A stretch of 64,000 bases of DNA. It comes from Thermoanaerobaculia bacterium. Lineage in GTDB: Bacteria; Acidobacteriota; Thermoanaerobaculia; UBA5066. A model generated the notes under the pieces. That model did no database searches. It had not been told where the DNA came from and saw only the letters and a list, made by a program, of their open reading frames with translations. Position 1 is the stretch's first letter. Each line of letters opens with the position of its first letter. This document shows, piece by piece, positions 1-9,471 of the stretch. Both the position numbers and the translations under genes were made by a program. The stretch is taken from assembly GCA_038245905.1 (NCBI GenBank), contig JBBRRY010000012.1, positions 1-64,000 on the forward strand, written 5' to 3'.

Positions 1-105
1 GAGGTGCCGCCGACTTCAGGGCGCGAAAGAGCACGAGACCCGAGGCCGCGGCGAGCGCGCCCCCCGTCCACGTCCAGAGCCGTCCGAGGAAGTCGCGGCG
101 CGAGC

Positions 106-1539
106 TCACGCGATGCCCAGGTCGCGCATCCGCCTCCAGAGCGTGCTTCGGGAGAGACGGAGGGCCTCCGCCGCCTTGTGGCGGTTCCAGTGAAAGGTCT
201 CGAGCGCCTCGACGATCCGCGCGCGCTCGGGATCGGCGGCGGCATCCGCCGCCCTCACGGGCGTCGACGCGGGGACCGCCGGGCGCGGTGGCTCGGCCCA
301 CGCTCCGCCGGCGCGTATCTCCTCGGGCAAGTCTTCGAGCTGGATCGTCTGGCCCGCGCAGAGCGCCACCGCGTACTCGAGTGCGTTCTCCAGCTCGCGC
401 ACGTTGCCGGGCCACGGGTAGCCCTTGAGCGCCTCGAGAGTGTCGGGCGAGAGGAGGAGCGCGCGCCCCGCGCGCCCGCCGATGTGGGCGAGCTGGTGCT
501 GCGCGATGAGGGCGATGTCCTCCGGCCGCTCGCGGAGCGGCGGGATGTGAATCGGGACGACGCGCAGCCGGTAATAGAGGTCGTCGCGGAAGCGGCCCGC
601 CTGAATCGCCCCGTGAAGGTCCTGATTCGTCGCCGCGATGATCCGCGCCTCCATGGGCCGCGTCCGGCTCTCACCGACGCGCTCGAACTGCCGCTCCTGG
701 AGGACGCGTAGGAGCTTGACCTGCAGGTGAAGCGGGATGTCGCCGACCTCGTCGAGGAAGATCGTCCCTTCGCGCGCGAGCTCGAACCGGCCGACCCGGT
801 CGCGGACCGCGCCCGTGAACGCGCCCTTCACATGGCCGAACAGCTCGCTTTCGAGAAGGTCCGCGGGAAGCGCGCCGCAATTCACGGCGACGAACGGCCC
901 CGAGCACTGGAGCGAGCTCGAATGGAGCGCGCGGGCGATGACTTCCTTGCCCGTCCCGCTCTCCCCCGTGATGAGGACCGTCGCGTTGCTCCGGTGGAGC
1001 GACTCGACGAGGTGCACGATCTTGAGCATCGCCGGTGAGCGCGCGACGAGGCCGTGCGACGCGATCATGCTCTGGAGGAGTGAATCCTCGTCCTCGGCCG
1101 GGCGGACGACGACGAGGTAGCGCGCCCGCGGGTCGCAATGGTTCGAAACGTGGAGCGGGACGACGGCCGCCGTGAGGGAGACGAGGCGGGCGCTCGCCCT
1201 TCCGCAGCGGAGGACGGCGCGCCGCCCCTCTTCGCGCCGGCCGTTCGTGAGTGCCTCGCGGAGCGTATCCGTCGGGCCGAAAAGCTTCGCCCCGACGAGC
1301 TCCTCGATGGGCTTGCCGATCACGGAGGAGACCATCTCCTTGCCCGCGATCTCGTCAAGCGTGTGGCTCGCGCGGATGATGCGGAACTCCGCGTCGAGGA
1401 CGATGAGCGCGCGGCCGAGCGCCTCGAACACGGTCTCGAGCGTCCCGAAACCGGGTCCTTCCTGCACGTCCAACGCGGGCATCGCCTGAGTTTCCATGGC
1501 GTGCAATTGTCTCATCGGGCTCCCGGCCGGGATGTGCAT
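106..1539 (-). CDS. Sigma-54-dependent (NtrC/Fis-family) transcriptional activator with N-terminal PAS-like domain
   Basis: Walker [24 protein letters not shown] (GAFTGA loop), [17 protein letters not shown], and C-terminal Fis HTH ([16 protein letters not shown]). No receiver domain. The start could be a downstream ATG. Confidence 0.93.
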   Translation of the reverse strand: MHIPAGSPMRQLHAMETQAMPALDVQEGPGFGTLETVFEALGRALIVLDAEFRIIRASHTLDEIAGKEMVSSVIGKPIEELVGAKLFGPTDTLREALTNGRREEGRRAVLRCGRASARLVSLTAAVVPLHVSNHCDPRARYLVVVRPAEDEDSLLQSMIASHGLVARSPAMLKIVHLVESLHRSNATVLITGESGTGKEVIARALHSSSLQCSGPFVAVNCGALPADLLESELFGHVKGAFTGAVRDRVGRFELAREGTIFLDEVGDIPLHLQVKLLRVLQERQFERVGESRTRPMEARIIAATNQDLHGAIQAGRFRDDLYYRLRVVPIHIPPLRERPEDIALIAQHQLAHIGGRAGRALLLSPDTLEALKGYPWPGNVRELENALEYAVALCAGQTIQLEDLPEEIRAGGAWAEPPRPAVPASTPVRAADAAADPERARIVEALETFHWNRHKAAEALRLSRSTLWRRMRDLGIA

Positions 1540-1691
1540 GCAGATGCTTTACCCGCCGGGAAGCCACGGACGGCCCCTGTCGAGAACCCGTCGCAACGTT
1601 AGAAAACGGGGGTCCCTGCACTTCCCGCCGAGTCCGCCGGCTCTTCCATGGTCCAGGAGTACCGGCCGAGCCTTATCTAATAGGAGACTAT

Positions 1692-3578
1692 ATGGTTAAG
1701 AAGTATTCACTTCTCCTCCTCGCCGGAATGGCCGGACTCCTCCTCGCGCTTCGTCCGGGCGGCGCCGCGGGCCCGACGGGCTGGACCGTCGTCGCCTGGA
1801 ACAACCTCGGAATGCACTGCATGGACGCCGATTTCGGCGTCTTCGCGATCCTGCCGCCGTACAACACGATCCAGGCTCAGGTCGTGGACGCGTCGGGCCG
1901 ACGCGTGACGAACCCCGCCCTCGCCACCCTCACGTACGAGGCGGCCGCGGACCCGACCGGCTCCATCAATCGCACGTCCTCCGGGAAGACGAACTTCTGG
2001 GGGAACGTCCAGAGCCTCTTCAAGGCGTCCCCCGCCATGGACACCGGCCTCCTAGGGAAGAAGATGCCGGGAGCCGCGAACGCGCCCCAGCCGATGGGGT
2101 GGGATGCGTCCCTCCAATGGTGGATCGCCGAAGGGATCCCGATCACCCCATACGACGACGCGGGCAGGAAGAACTATTACCCGCTCATGAAGGTGACGGC
2201 GAAGAGCGCCGCAGGCGCCGTTCTCGCGTCTACGAACATCGTCCTCCCGGTCTCGGACGAGATGGACTGCAGCGCCTGCCACTCCTCGTCGTCAGGCCCC
2301 GCGGCCCGCCCGTACGGCGGCTGGATCCACGACGCGAGCCCGCAGCGCGATTACCGCCTGAACATCCTCAGGCTCCACGACGACAAAAACGCTTCGGATC
2401 CCGCGTACACGGCCGCGCTCTCGGCCCTCGGCTTCAACCCGGCCGGCCTCTCGGCGACCGTGGCCGGCGGCAAGGCGATTCTCTGTGCCTCCTGCCACAA
2501 GTCCGAAGCGCTCGCCGGCAGCGGACGCGCGGGAATCGAGCCGCTCACGCAGGCGGTCCATTCCCGGCATGCGCGTGTCCTCGACCCGACAAACGGCTTG
2601 GGGCTCGACGCCACCCTCAACCGCTCGGCGTGCTACCGCTGCCACCCCGGCTCCGAGACGAAGTGCCTCCGCGGCGCGATGGGCGCCGCCGTCGCCGCCG
2701 ACGGGTCGATGCTCATGCAGTGCCAGAGCTGCCACGGCGGAATGAGCGTCGTGGGCGCCTCGACCCGCACGGGCTGGCTGGAGGAGCCATCCTGCCAGCA
2801 ATGCCACTCGGGGACCGCGACCGTGAACAACGGCCAGATCCGCTATACGTCGGTCTTCGACATACACGGCAACCCGCGCGTCCCGGCAAGCGCCGTCTTC
2901 GCGACGAACGCTAACGCGCCCGCTGCCGGCCTCTCGCTCTACCGGTTCTCGAAGGGACACGGCGGGCTGCAGTGCTCCGCGTGCCACGGCTCGACGCACG
3001 CGGAATACCCGTCCTCGCACGCGAACGACAACCTTCAGTCGATCGCGCTCCAGGGCCACGCGGGGACGCTCTCGGAGTGCTCCACGTGCCACAACGCGTC
3101 CGTTCCCAAGACGACGAACGGCGGGCCGCACGGGCTGCACCCGCTCGGCGCGAGCTGGGTGGGGAGCCACGGCGACGCCGCAAAGTCCAATCTCGCGTCC
3201 TGCCGCGCGTGCCACGGGGCGGACGACCGAGGCACTGTCCTCTCGCGTACCTTCACGAACCGGACCTTCAGCACGGAGCACGGGACCGTAAAGCTCGCCG
3301 CCGGATCCCTCGTCGGCTGCTACACGTGCCACAACGGGCCGTCCGGCGATGGAGACCCGCCCGCGCCGACGCCCACGCCGCGCCAGACGACCACCGCGAC
3401 GCCCGGCTCGACGCCGACCCCGACGAGGGTCCAGTCGACCCCCACGCCGACACCGGTTCCGCCGACCGCAACGCCCACGCCTGCCGTCACCACCACTCCG
3501 ACGTTCCGACCGACGAGGACGCCCGTCCCAACACCGAAATCGAATCCGGAAGACCAGCCGCACCCGCGACAGCGGTAG
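1692..3578 (+). CDS. Secreted multiheme c-type cytochrome (9 CxxCH) with Pro/Thr-rich C-terminal tail
   Basis: AGGAG RBS at 1682-1686 and signal peptide. N-terminal WNNLGMHCMD motif. Heme motifs CSACH, CASCH, CYRCH, CQSCH, CQQCH, CSACH, CSTCH, CRACH, CYTCH, followed by a PTPTP repeat tail. Confidence 0.9.
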   Translation: MVKKYSLLLLAGMAGLLLALRPGGAAGPTGWTVVAWNNLGMHCMDADFGVFAILPPYNTIQAQVVDASGRRVTNPALATLTYEAAADPTGSINRTSSGKTNFWGNVQSLFKASPAMDTGLLGKKMPGAANAPQPMGWDASLQWWIAEGIPITPYDDAGRKNYYPLMKVTAKSAAGAVLASTNIVLPVSDEMDCSACHSSSSGPAARPYGGWIHDASPQRDYRLNILRLHDDKNASDPAYTAALSALGFNPAGLSATVAGGKAILCASCHKSEALAGSGRAGIEPLTQAVHSRHARVLDPTNGLGLDATLNRSACYRCHPGSETKCLRGAMGAAVAADGSMLMQCQSCHGGMSVVGASTRTGWLEEPSCQQCHSGTATVNNGQIRYTSVFDIHGNPRVPASAVFATNANAPAAGLSLYRFSKGHGGLQCSACHGSTHAEYPSSHANDNLQSIALQGHAGTLSECSTCHNASVPKTTNGGPHGLHPLGASWVGSHGDAAKSNLASCRACHGADDRGTVLSRTFTNRTFSTEHGTVKLAAGSLVGCYTCHNGPSGDGDPPAPTPTPRQTTTATPGSTPTPTRVQSTPTPTPVPPTATPTPAVTTTPTFRPTRTPVPTPKSNPEDQPHPRQR

Positions 3579-3671
3579 GAGAGAAGCCTGCCGGGTCCGG
3601 ATCGTCTACGGGCTCCCGGTGAGCCCGGTGGGGCTCCCCTTCCGCATAATGTGCAAGGAGGAAAACGCACC

Positions 3672-4253
3672 ATGTCTATCGGAAGAAGGAGCGCCATCCT
3701 GGTCCTTCCGCTCGCCGTGCTCGTCGCCGGGTCTCGTCCGGCGCGGGCGGACGAGCTGTCGGACGCCCGCGAGAAAGCCGTCCTGGCAACCCTGGCCCCG
3801 CCGAACCCGGAAACGTCGGTCCTGCAAGGACTCGTGACGATCGAGGAGCAGTTTCCGGACTCGCAGACTGCGGCCGCCAGAGTCCTTCCGCTTCTCAAGG
3901 ACTCGCGCGCGAAGGTGCGGCGCAAGGCCGTGCGGGTTCTCGGCGTCCTCCAGCCGAAGCTGGAGCCGCGGGAGCTCGCAGACGTCACGAAACTCCTGGC
4001 CTCGTCCGACGGCCCCGAGGTCGTCGACGCTCTCAAGGGGCTGCGCGGCCTCTACGCACCCCCGTCGATTCCCGCGATCCTGCCGCTCCTCCGCCACCCG
4101 GACGAGCACGTCAAGCGCGAGGCCTGCCGGACGCTCGCGATCGTCGCGGACCGCTCCGTCGTCCCGTCTCTCGAACCCCTGCTCAAGGATCCCGTCGGGG
4201 ACGTGCGCACGGACGCCGAAGGTGCCATCGCGCAGCTGAGGAGGAAGCCGTGA
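3672..4253 (+). CDS. Exported HEAT-repeat protein
   Basis: AGGAGG RBS before ATG 3672, signal peptide (..PARA), and HEAT-like repeats (LLKDSRAKVRRKAV, LLRHPDEHVKREAC, LLKDPVGDVRTDA). Confidence 0.8.
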   Translation: MSIGRRSAILVLPLAVLVAGSRPARADELSDAREKAVLATLAPPNPETSVLQGLVTIEEQFPDSQTAAARVLPLLKDSRAKVRRKAVRVLGVLQPKLEPRELADVTKLLASSDGPEVVDALKGLRGLYAPPSIPAILPLLRHPDEHVKREACRTLAIVADRSVVPSLEPLLKDPVGDVRTDAEGAIAQLRRKP

Positions 4254-4825
4254 GCCGCCTCAGTCCCGCCGCCCTCTCCGCGCTTCTTCTCGCTCTCGCG
4301 GGCTGCGGATCCTCGAACATCGCCTACACGCCGTCCGCGGCCCCGGCGGCCTCGACCCGCCGCGTCGCTCTGAAAGTCGTCGACAATCGCCCGCCGAAGG
4401 AAGGGGGCAAGGAGCCCGCTCTCGTGGGCCTTCAGCGCAGCGCCGTCGGGATCAAGGCCGGCATCAAGGAGTCCTCGCCCGAGTCCGTCTCCAACCTGAT
4501 CCGGTCCGCCGCCGAGGATGGCCTCGGACAGGCGGGAATCGGGATCGACCCGGGTGCGAAGACCACGCTCACGGCGCAGGTGCTCGGCTTCTGGATGGAC
4601 TGGTCGGGGTACGACTTTCTCTCCGGCGTCGCCTACAAGGGGACCGTCACCGTGGAATACACGCTCCAGGATGCCTCGGGGCGTGCCCTCTGGAAGGGCC
4701 TCGCCCTCACCGAAGAGCAGCACAAGAGCGCCTCGAAGGAGATCATCTTCGGAAAGGCTCTCAAGAGGCTCGCCGCGAGGACGGCCCGGCTCCTGAAGGC
4801 GCCGGACTTTCCGGCGCTTCCGTAG
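4250..4825 (+). CDS. Lipoprotein, YajG-like
   Basis: Lipobox LAGC and VxVVDxRP motif. GTGA overlap with the upstream stop. Confidence 0.65.
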   Translation: MSRLSPAALSALLLALAGCGSSNIAYTPSAAPAASTRRVALKVVDNRPPKEGGKEPALVGLQRSAVGIKAGIKESSPESVSNLIRSAAEDGLGQAGIGIDPGAKTTLTAQVLGFWMDWSGYDFLSGVAYKGTVTVEYTLQDASGRALWKGLALTEEQHKSASKEIIFGKALKRLAARTARLLKAPDFPALP

Positions 4826-4848
4826 GGGCCGCAGGCGCTCGGCCGACG

Positions 4849-5697
4849 CTAAAGAGTCTTGAGCTTCGCGACAACCGCCTCGACGTCGTAGTCCGGCGTC
4901 GAGGCGCCCGCGGAAATGCCGACCTTCTTCGCTCCCGCGAGCTTCGCGGGATCGAGCTCGGCCGCGGTGCCGATCAGGAACGTCGGCTTCTTCGCCTGCG
5001 CGATGCGCGCGAGCTCCTTCGTGTTCTTGCTGTTCTTCCCTCCGATCACGACGATCGCGTCGATCGTCGGATCGTCGCAGAGGACCCGCAGCGCGTCCTG
5101 GTTCTCCTTCGTCGCGTAGCAGATCGTGTCCGCGATGCGCGTGTCGAGGACGCGGCGGCGGATCTCCTCGACGTGGGGCGCAAAGGACTCGGAGTTGATC
5201 GTGGTCTGAAACACGATCTTGACGCGCGGGATGCGCGACCAGTCGAAGGACGTGACCTCTTCGAGCCTGTAGAACACGCGATAGCGCGCGGGATCGAGGT
5301 CTTTCGTGTAGCCCACGACCTCGCGGTGGTCCGCCTGCCCGAGGATCGCGAGGAACGCCCCGTCCGCGAGCGACTGGGCAATCTCCTTGTGGATGTCCGT
5401 CACGAACTTGCACGTCGTGTCGATCGCCCTGAGGCCGAGCGAGGCGGCCTCGGCCCGCACGGACGGCGCGACGCCGTGCGCCGAGAAGACGACGCGCGCG
5501 TCGTGCGCCTTCGCGCTTTCGAGATCGTGCACCGTCGGGAACCCGAGCCGCGCCATCTCGTTCTCGACGCTTTCGTTGTGCACGACTTGCCCGAAGATCG
5601 CGCCTGTCTGACCCTTCGCGGCCGCGATACGGACGAGCTTGTCCGCGACGCGTACGCCCGCGCAGAACCCGTACTTCTCGGCGAGGACGACTTCCAT
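4849..5697 (-). CDS. ispH: 4-hydroxy-3-methylbut-2-enyl diphosphate reductase
   Basis: GFCAGV, VVHN, SAHG, DTTCKFV, TICYAT..NQ, GGKNS.NT, GISAGASTP. The true start (MEVVLA) lies inside the longer listed ORF 4849..7278. Confidence 0.95.
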   Translation of the reverse strand: MEVVLAEKYGFCAGVRVADKLVRIAAAKGQTGAIFGQVVHNESVENEMARLGFPTVHDLESAKAHDARVVFSAHGVAPSVRAEAASLGLRAIDTTCKFVTDIHKEIAQSLADGAFLAILGQADHREVVGYTKDLDPARYRVFYRLEEVTSFDWSRIPRVKIVFQTTINSESFAPHVEEIRRRVLDTRIADTICYATKENQDALRVLCDDPTIDAIVVIGGKNSKNTKELARIAQAKKPTFLIGTAAELDPAKLAGAKKVGISAGASTPDYDVEAVVAKLKTL

Positions 5698-5726
5698 CCG
5701 TTCGATCTTAGCGCTGCGACGCCGTC

Positions 5727-8039
5727 TCAGCCGAAGTCGAGGAGCGTGATCTCGGGCGCGAGCGCCTTCACGAGGCGGTCGCGCTTGATGAGCTCGAAGC
5801 CTTTTCCGCCCCGCGACACGGCCGTGTACCGCTTCGTGATCGTATGCTCGGTCCCCTTGCCGTTCACGAGCGTGAGCGTCGCGCGCTTCTCGTCGTCGCC
5901 GAACAGGGCCGCTCCGACGAGACGGTCGTCCGGTGCGAGCTTGAAGCCGAGGACGCCCTTGCCCGGCCCCGCGAGGACGGGGACCTCGTTCGCCGGGAAC
6001 AGGATCGCGCGCCCCTTCTCGGAGGCGAGAGCCACGAGGTCTTTCTCGTCGCAGACGAAGACCGCGGCGATCTCGTCGCCCTTGGCGGGCTTCGCGAAGC
6101 GGCGGCCGGCCCGCGTCGTCACCTCGCGGAAGGGGTCGAGAGAGAACCTCAGCACGAGGCCGCGGCGCGTCGCCGCGATGAGGATCAGGTTCTTCGGGCG
6201 CGTGACGCGCGGGTCGAGGGAGAGGGCCGCGACGACGCGCTCGCCATCGCCGAACTTGAAGAGCTTCTGGACGGGCTCGCCGTAGCCCGTCGAGGGCGGC
6301 ACGTCGTTGAGCCTGAGGACGTATGCCGTGCCATGGTTCGAGAAGAGCACGCCGCACTCCTTCGTCGAACCCTGCAGGACGGCGAGCACTTCGTCGCCCT
6401 CGCGGAGGCGTGTGGTCTGGGCGTCCTTCATCTCGCGCTGACGCTTCAGCCACCCGTCCTGCGAGACGACGGCGTACGTGTCTTCGTGCTGGATAAAGGC
6501 CTCGGCGTCGTACGTCGGCTCCTCGACGCTCGCCGACACCTTCGTGAGCCGCTTCTCGCCCGCGATCATCTCCCGCACCTCGGTGAGCTCGCCCTTCACT
6601 TCGTTCCAGAGCTTCTTCGGGGACTTGAGGATCGCCTCGATGATGGCGGCCTCCGCCTGCTTCTCCTTCAGCTCGGCGCGGATCGCGTCGATTTCGAGCC
6701 GTGCGAGCTTGTAGAGCTTCGTCTCGAGGATCGCCTCTACCTGCTCCTCGTCGAGGGAGAAGCGCTTCATGAGCTTCCCCGCGGCGTCGGCCTTGCCGTC
6801 GGACTTCCGGATGATCCGGATCGCCTCGTCGAGCGCGTCGTAGATGACGATGAAGCCTTCGAGAAGATGGATCCGGCGCTTCAGCTCCTCGAGGTCGAAG
6901 ACGAACCGGCGCCGCACCGTCTCGAAGCGGAAGTCGAGGAAGTGCCGGAGGATCGCGGCGAGCGGGAGACGCGCCGGCTCGCAGACGTCCGGGTTCGCCG
7001 TCGGCACGAGGCACGTCAGGTTCACGGGCACCGTCGTCTCGAGCGGCGTGTGCTTGTAGAGGTACGTCATCACGAGCGCGGGGTCCGTGTCGCGCTTGAT
7101 CTCGAGGACGATGCGGACCTCGTCGGTTGACTCGTCGCGCACGTCCACGAGAGCCGGAAGCCGGCGCTCGATGATGACGTCGGCGATCTTCGCGACGAGC
7201 GCGGCCTTCTCCTGAGCGTAGGGAATGGACGTGATGACGATCGTCTGCGCCCCGCGCGCGCCCTCTTCCGCTTCCCACTCGCCCCGCAGCTTGAGCGTGC
7301 CCTGCCCGCTCTCGTAGATCGCGCGCAGCTCGCGCTTGTTCGACACGAGGAGCCCGCCGGTCGGGAAGTCCGGGCCCTTGATGAAGCGCAGCGGGTTCGA
7401 ATCGGGTTCGTCAACGGCCGCGATCGCGGCGTCGAGGACCTCGACGGGGTTGTGCGGCGGGATCGACGTCGCCATGCCGACCGCGATGCCCGTCGCGCCG
7501 TTGATAAGGAGGTTCGGGTAGCGTGCCGGGAGAACGACGGGCTCGAAGTGAACGCCGTCGAAGTTCGGCCGCCAGTCGACGGTCTTCTTCTTGATCTCGG
7601 AGAGAAGCTCGATCGCGAGAGGTCGGAGGCGCGCCTCGGTATACCGGTAGGCCGCGGCCGAGTCGCCGTCCAGGGACCCGAAGTTCCCGTGCCCATCCAC
7701 GAGCGGCGCGCGCAGCGAAAAGGGCTGCGCCATCCGGACCATCGCGTCGTAGATCGCGACGTCGCCGTGCGGGTGGTACTTGCCGATCACGTCACCGACG
7801 ACCGACGCGGACTTCTTGAACTTCGCGTCCGGCATCAAATGAAGGTTCTGGTACATCGCGAAGAGGATCCGGCGCTGAACGGGCTTCAGGCCGTCACGAA
7901 CGTCGGGCAGCGCGCGCGACGTGATGACCGAAAGCGCGTAGTTCAGGTAGCGGCGCCGGGCCTCTTCGGGAAGCGGGATCTCGGCCTCGAACGGCAGGGG
8001 CGTCTGGCCGCCCTCGTTGGAGAGTTTTCTCTTCGACAT
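5727..8039 (-). CDS. parC: Type IIA topoisomerase subunit A, ParC-like (topoisomerase IV A)
   Basis: [24 protein letters not shown], catalytic [27 protein letters not shown]. 770 aa with a short CTD and no canonical QxRGGKG GyrA-box at the CTD start, which favours ParC over GyrA. Confidence 0.8.
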   Translation of the reverse strand: MSKRKLSNEGGQTPLPFEAEIPLPEEARRRYLNYALSVITSRALPDVRDGLKPVQRRILFAMYQNLHLMPDAKFKKSASVVGDVIGKYHPHGDVAIYDAMVRMAQPFSLRAPLVDGHGNFGSLDGDSAAAYRYTEARLRPLAIELLSEIKKKTVDWRPNFDGVHFEPVVLPARYPNLLINGATGIAVGMATSIPPHNPVEVLDAAIAAVDEPDSNPLRFIKGPDFPTGGLLVSNKRELRAIYESGQGTLKLRGEWEAEEGARGAQTIVITSIPYAQEKAALVAKIADVIIERRLPALVDVRDESTDEVRIVLEIKRDTDPALVMTYLYKHTPLETTVPVNLTCLVPTANPDVCEPARLPLAAILRHFLDFRFETVRRRFVFDLEELKRRIHLLEGFIVIYDALDEAIRIIRKSDGKADAAGKLMKRFSLDEEQVEAILETKLYKLARLEIDAIRAELKEKQAEAAIIEAILKSPKKLWNEVKGELTEVREMIAGEKRLTKVSASVEEPTYDAEAFIQHEDTYAVVSQDGWLKRQREMKDAQTTRLREGDEVLAVLQGSTKECGVLFSNHGTAYVLRLNDVPPSTGYGEPVQKLFKFGDGERVVAALSLDPRVTRPKNLILIAATRRGLVLRFSLDPFREVTTRAGRRFAKPAKGDEIAAVFVCDEKDLVALASEKGRAILFPANEVPVLAGPGKGVLGFKLAPDDRLVGAALFGDDEKRATLTLVNGKGTEHTITKRYTAVSRGGKGFELIKRDRLVKALAPEITLLDFG

Positions 8040-8154
8040 GGCGCGACGGTACCGGCCCCATCCCGCAGCGTCAATCCGCGGTGCCGGGCCCCTCCGTACT
8101 CCCCTGGTGCTTGACACCGTTCGGCCAGCCGGGCACGCTCTTCGCGGATTCATC

Positions 8155-8718
8155 TTGAGCACGCCAGCCGACCCGGACCTCTTCGCGCGCATCGTCGCGG
8201 GCGACCGCGAGGCCTTCGGCGTTTTTTACGACCGCTATGCACCGGTCCTTTTCGGCTTCTGCGTTCGTATCCTCAAGGACGCGAGGGATGCGGAAGACGT
8301 GCTCCAGGAAGCTTTCGTTCAGGTGTGGCGCGACGCGGCGCGGTTCGACCCGAGCCGCGCGTCGGTGAAGACGTGGCTCTTCACGATCGCGCGGAGCCGC
8401 GCCCTCGACCGCTGGCGGAGCCGCCGATCGGTGGAAAGCCGCTTTCCCACTGCCGAGGCCGAGACGCTCGAGCGCGCGGGCGGGGGCGACGGCGGCCAGG
8501 AAGCCGCCGCGATGCGCGACTACGTCGGGCGCTGCCTCGGGAAGCTGTCCGAGGTCGAGCAGGCCGTCCTCCGCCTCGCGTACTTCGACGGCTACACGCA
8601 GGAGGAGATCGCCGCGCGCCTCGAAGAGCCGCTCGGCACCGTGAAAAGCCGCACGCGCTCCGGCCTGACGAAGCTCAAGGCGATCGCCGCCGGGGAAGGA
8701 GGGACCGTCCGTGGCTGA
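8155..8718 (+). CDS. ECF RNA polymerase sigma factor (SigK-like)
   Basis: Region 2 [26 protein letters not shown] and region 4 [15 protein letters not shown]. Start codon uncertain (TTG 8155 chosen). Confidence 0.9.
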   Translation: MSTPADPDLFARIVAGDREAFGVFYDRYAPVLFGFCVRILKDARDAEDVLQEAFVQVWRDAARFDPSRASVKTWLFTIARSRALDRWRSRRSVESRFPTAEAETLERAGGGDGGQEAAAMRDYVGRCLGKLSEVEQAVLRLAYFDGYTQEEIAARLEEPLGTVKSRTRSGLTKLKAIAAGEGGTVRG

Positions 8719-9466
8719 CGATCCCATCGACCCGGCCCCGGCCGCCGAGCTCGTCGCCTGGTGCGACGCCCTCGAGGCCGAGCTCGACGCGACCGAACAG
8801 GGATTGCCGGAGGAGCTCGTCGCGCTTGCGCCGCCGCCGGAAGTGAGGGAGCGCGTCCTCTGGAGCATCCGCGCTGAGGGCCAGGACGAACCCGTGCTCG
8901 CTTCTCTCCCCGCATCGTCGGCTCTCCCCGACCGCGGTCTCATGACCATGATCTGGGCGCTCGGCGTCGCCGCGTCGTTCATGCTCGCCATGGCGTTCGG
9001 GGCTCTCTGGTACGCGACGCGGGCGGACCTCGGCGCCACGCGCGTCAACGTCGCCGAGCTCGAAGGGTTGCTCCACGAGAAGACGCGCGACCTCGCGGAG
9101 AGGGACCGCGAGCTCGCCTGGCTGAAGGATCCGCGAGTTCAGGTCGCGCTTCTGAAGGGCCTCGAGGGAAATCCGACGGCAAAGGCGAAGCTCCTCTGGC
9201 ATCCGGGATCGAAGCAGGGAATTCTCTGGGTGTCCGGCCTCCCGCCGCTTCCGCTCGAGAAGAGCTACGAGCTCTGGGCCTTCGTCGGCGACCAGCCCGT
9301 GCCCGCCGGGACGTTCGACGCGAAGGAAGGCGGTGCGACCGTCATCCCGATCTCGAAGCAGGAGAACCTCGGCGAGGCGCCCGTGAAGTTCGCGGTCTCG
9401 ATCGAGCCGAAGGGCGGCGTCGCCTCCCCCACGGGAGCGATCGTGCTCGTCGGCGAGCGATTCTGA
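8711..9466 (+). CDS. rskA: Anti-sigma factor, RskA-type
   Basis: Overlaps the sigma gene. Single TM helix, coiled coil, then RskA C-terminal motifs YELW..PVPAGTF..FAVSIEPKGG..SPTG. Confidence 0.85.
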   Translation: MADDPIDPAPAAELVAWCDALEAELDATEQGLPEELVALAPPPEVRERVLWSIRAEGQDEPVLASLPASSALPDRGLMTMIWALGVAASFMLAMAFGALWYATRADLGATRVNVAELEGLLHEKTRDLAERDRELAWLKDPRVQVALLKGLEGNPTAKAKLLWHPGSKQGILWVSGLPPLPLEKSYELWAFVGDQPVPAGTFDAKEGGATVIPISKQENLGEAPVKFAVSIEPKGGVASPTGAIVLVGERF

Positions 9467-9471
9467 GGCCG

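Noticed and set aside
1640-1691. Possible sigma-54 -24/-12 promoter (CCGGCCGAGCCTTATCT) upstream of the 9-heme cytochrome
   Set aside because: It lacks the conserved GC at -12 and matches TGGCAC-N5-TTGC poorly.
3355-3540. Short repeated ACGCCG/ACCCCG units resembling a repeat array
   Set aside because: They encode the Pro/Thr linker of the cytochrome; there is no constant repeat-spacer structure, so this is not CRISPR.
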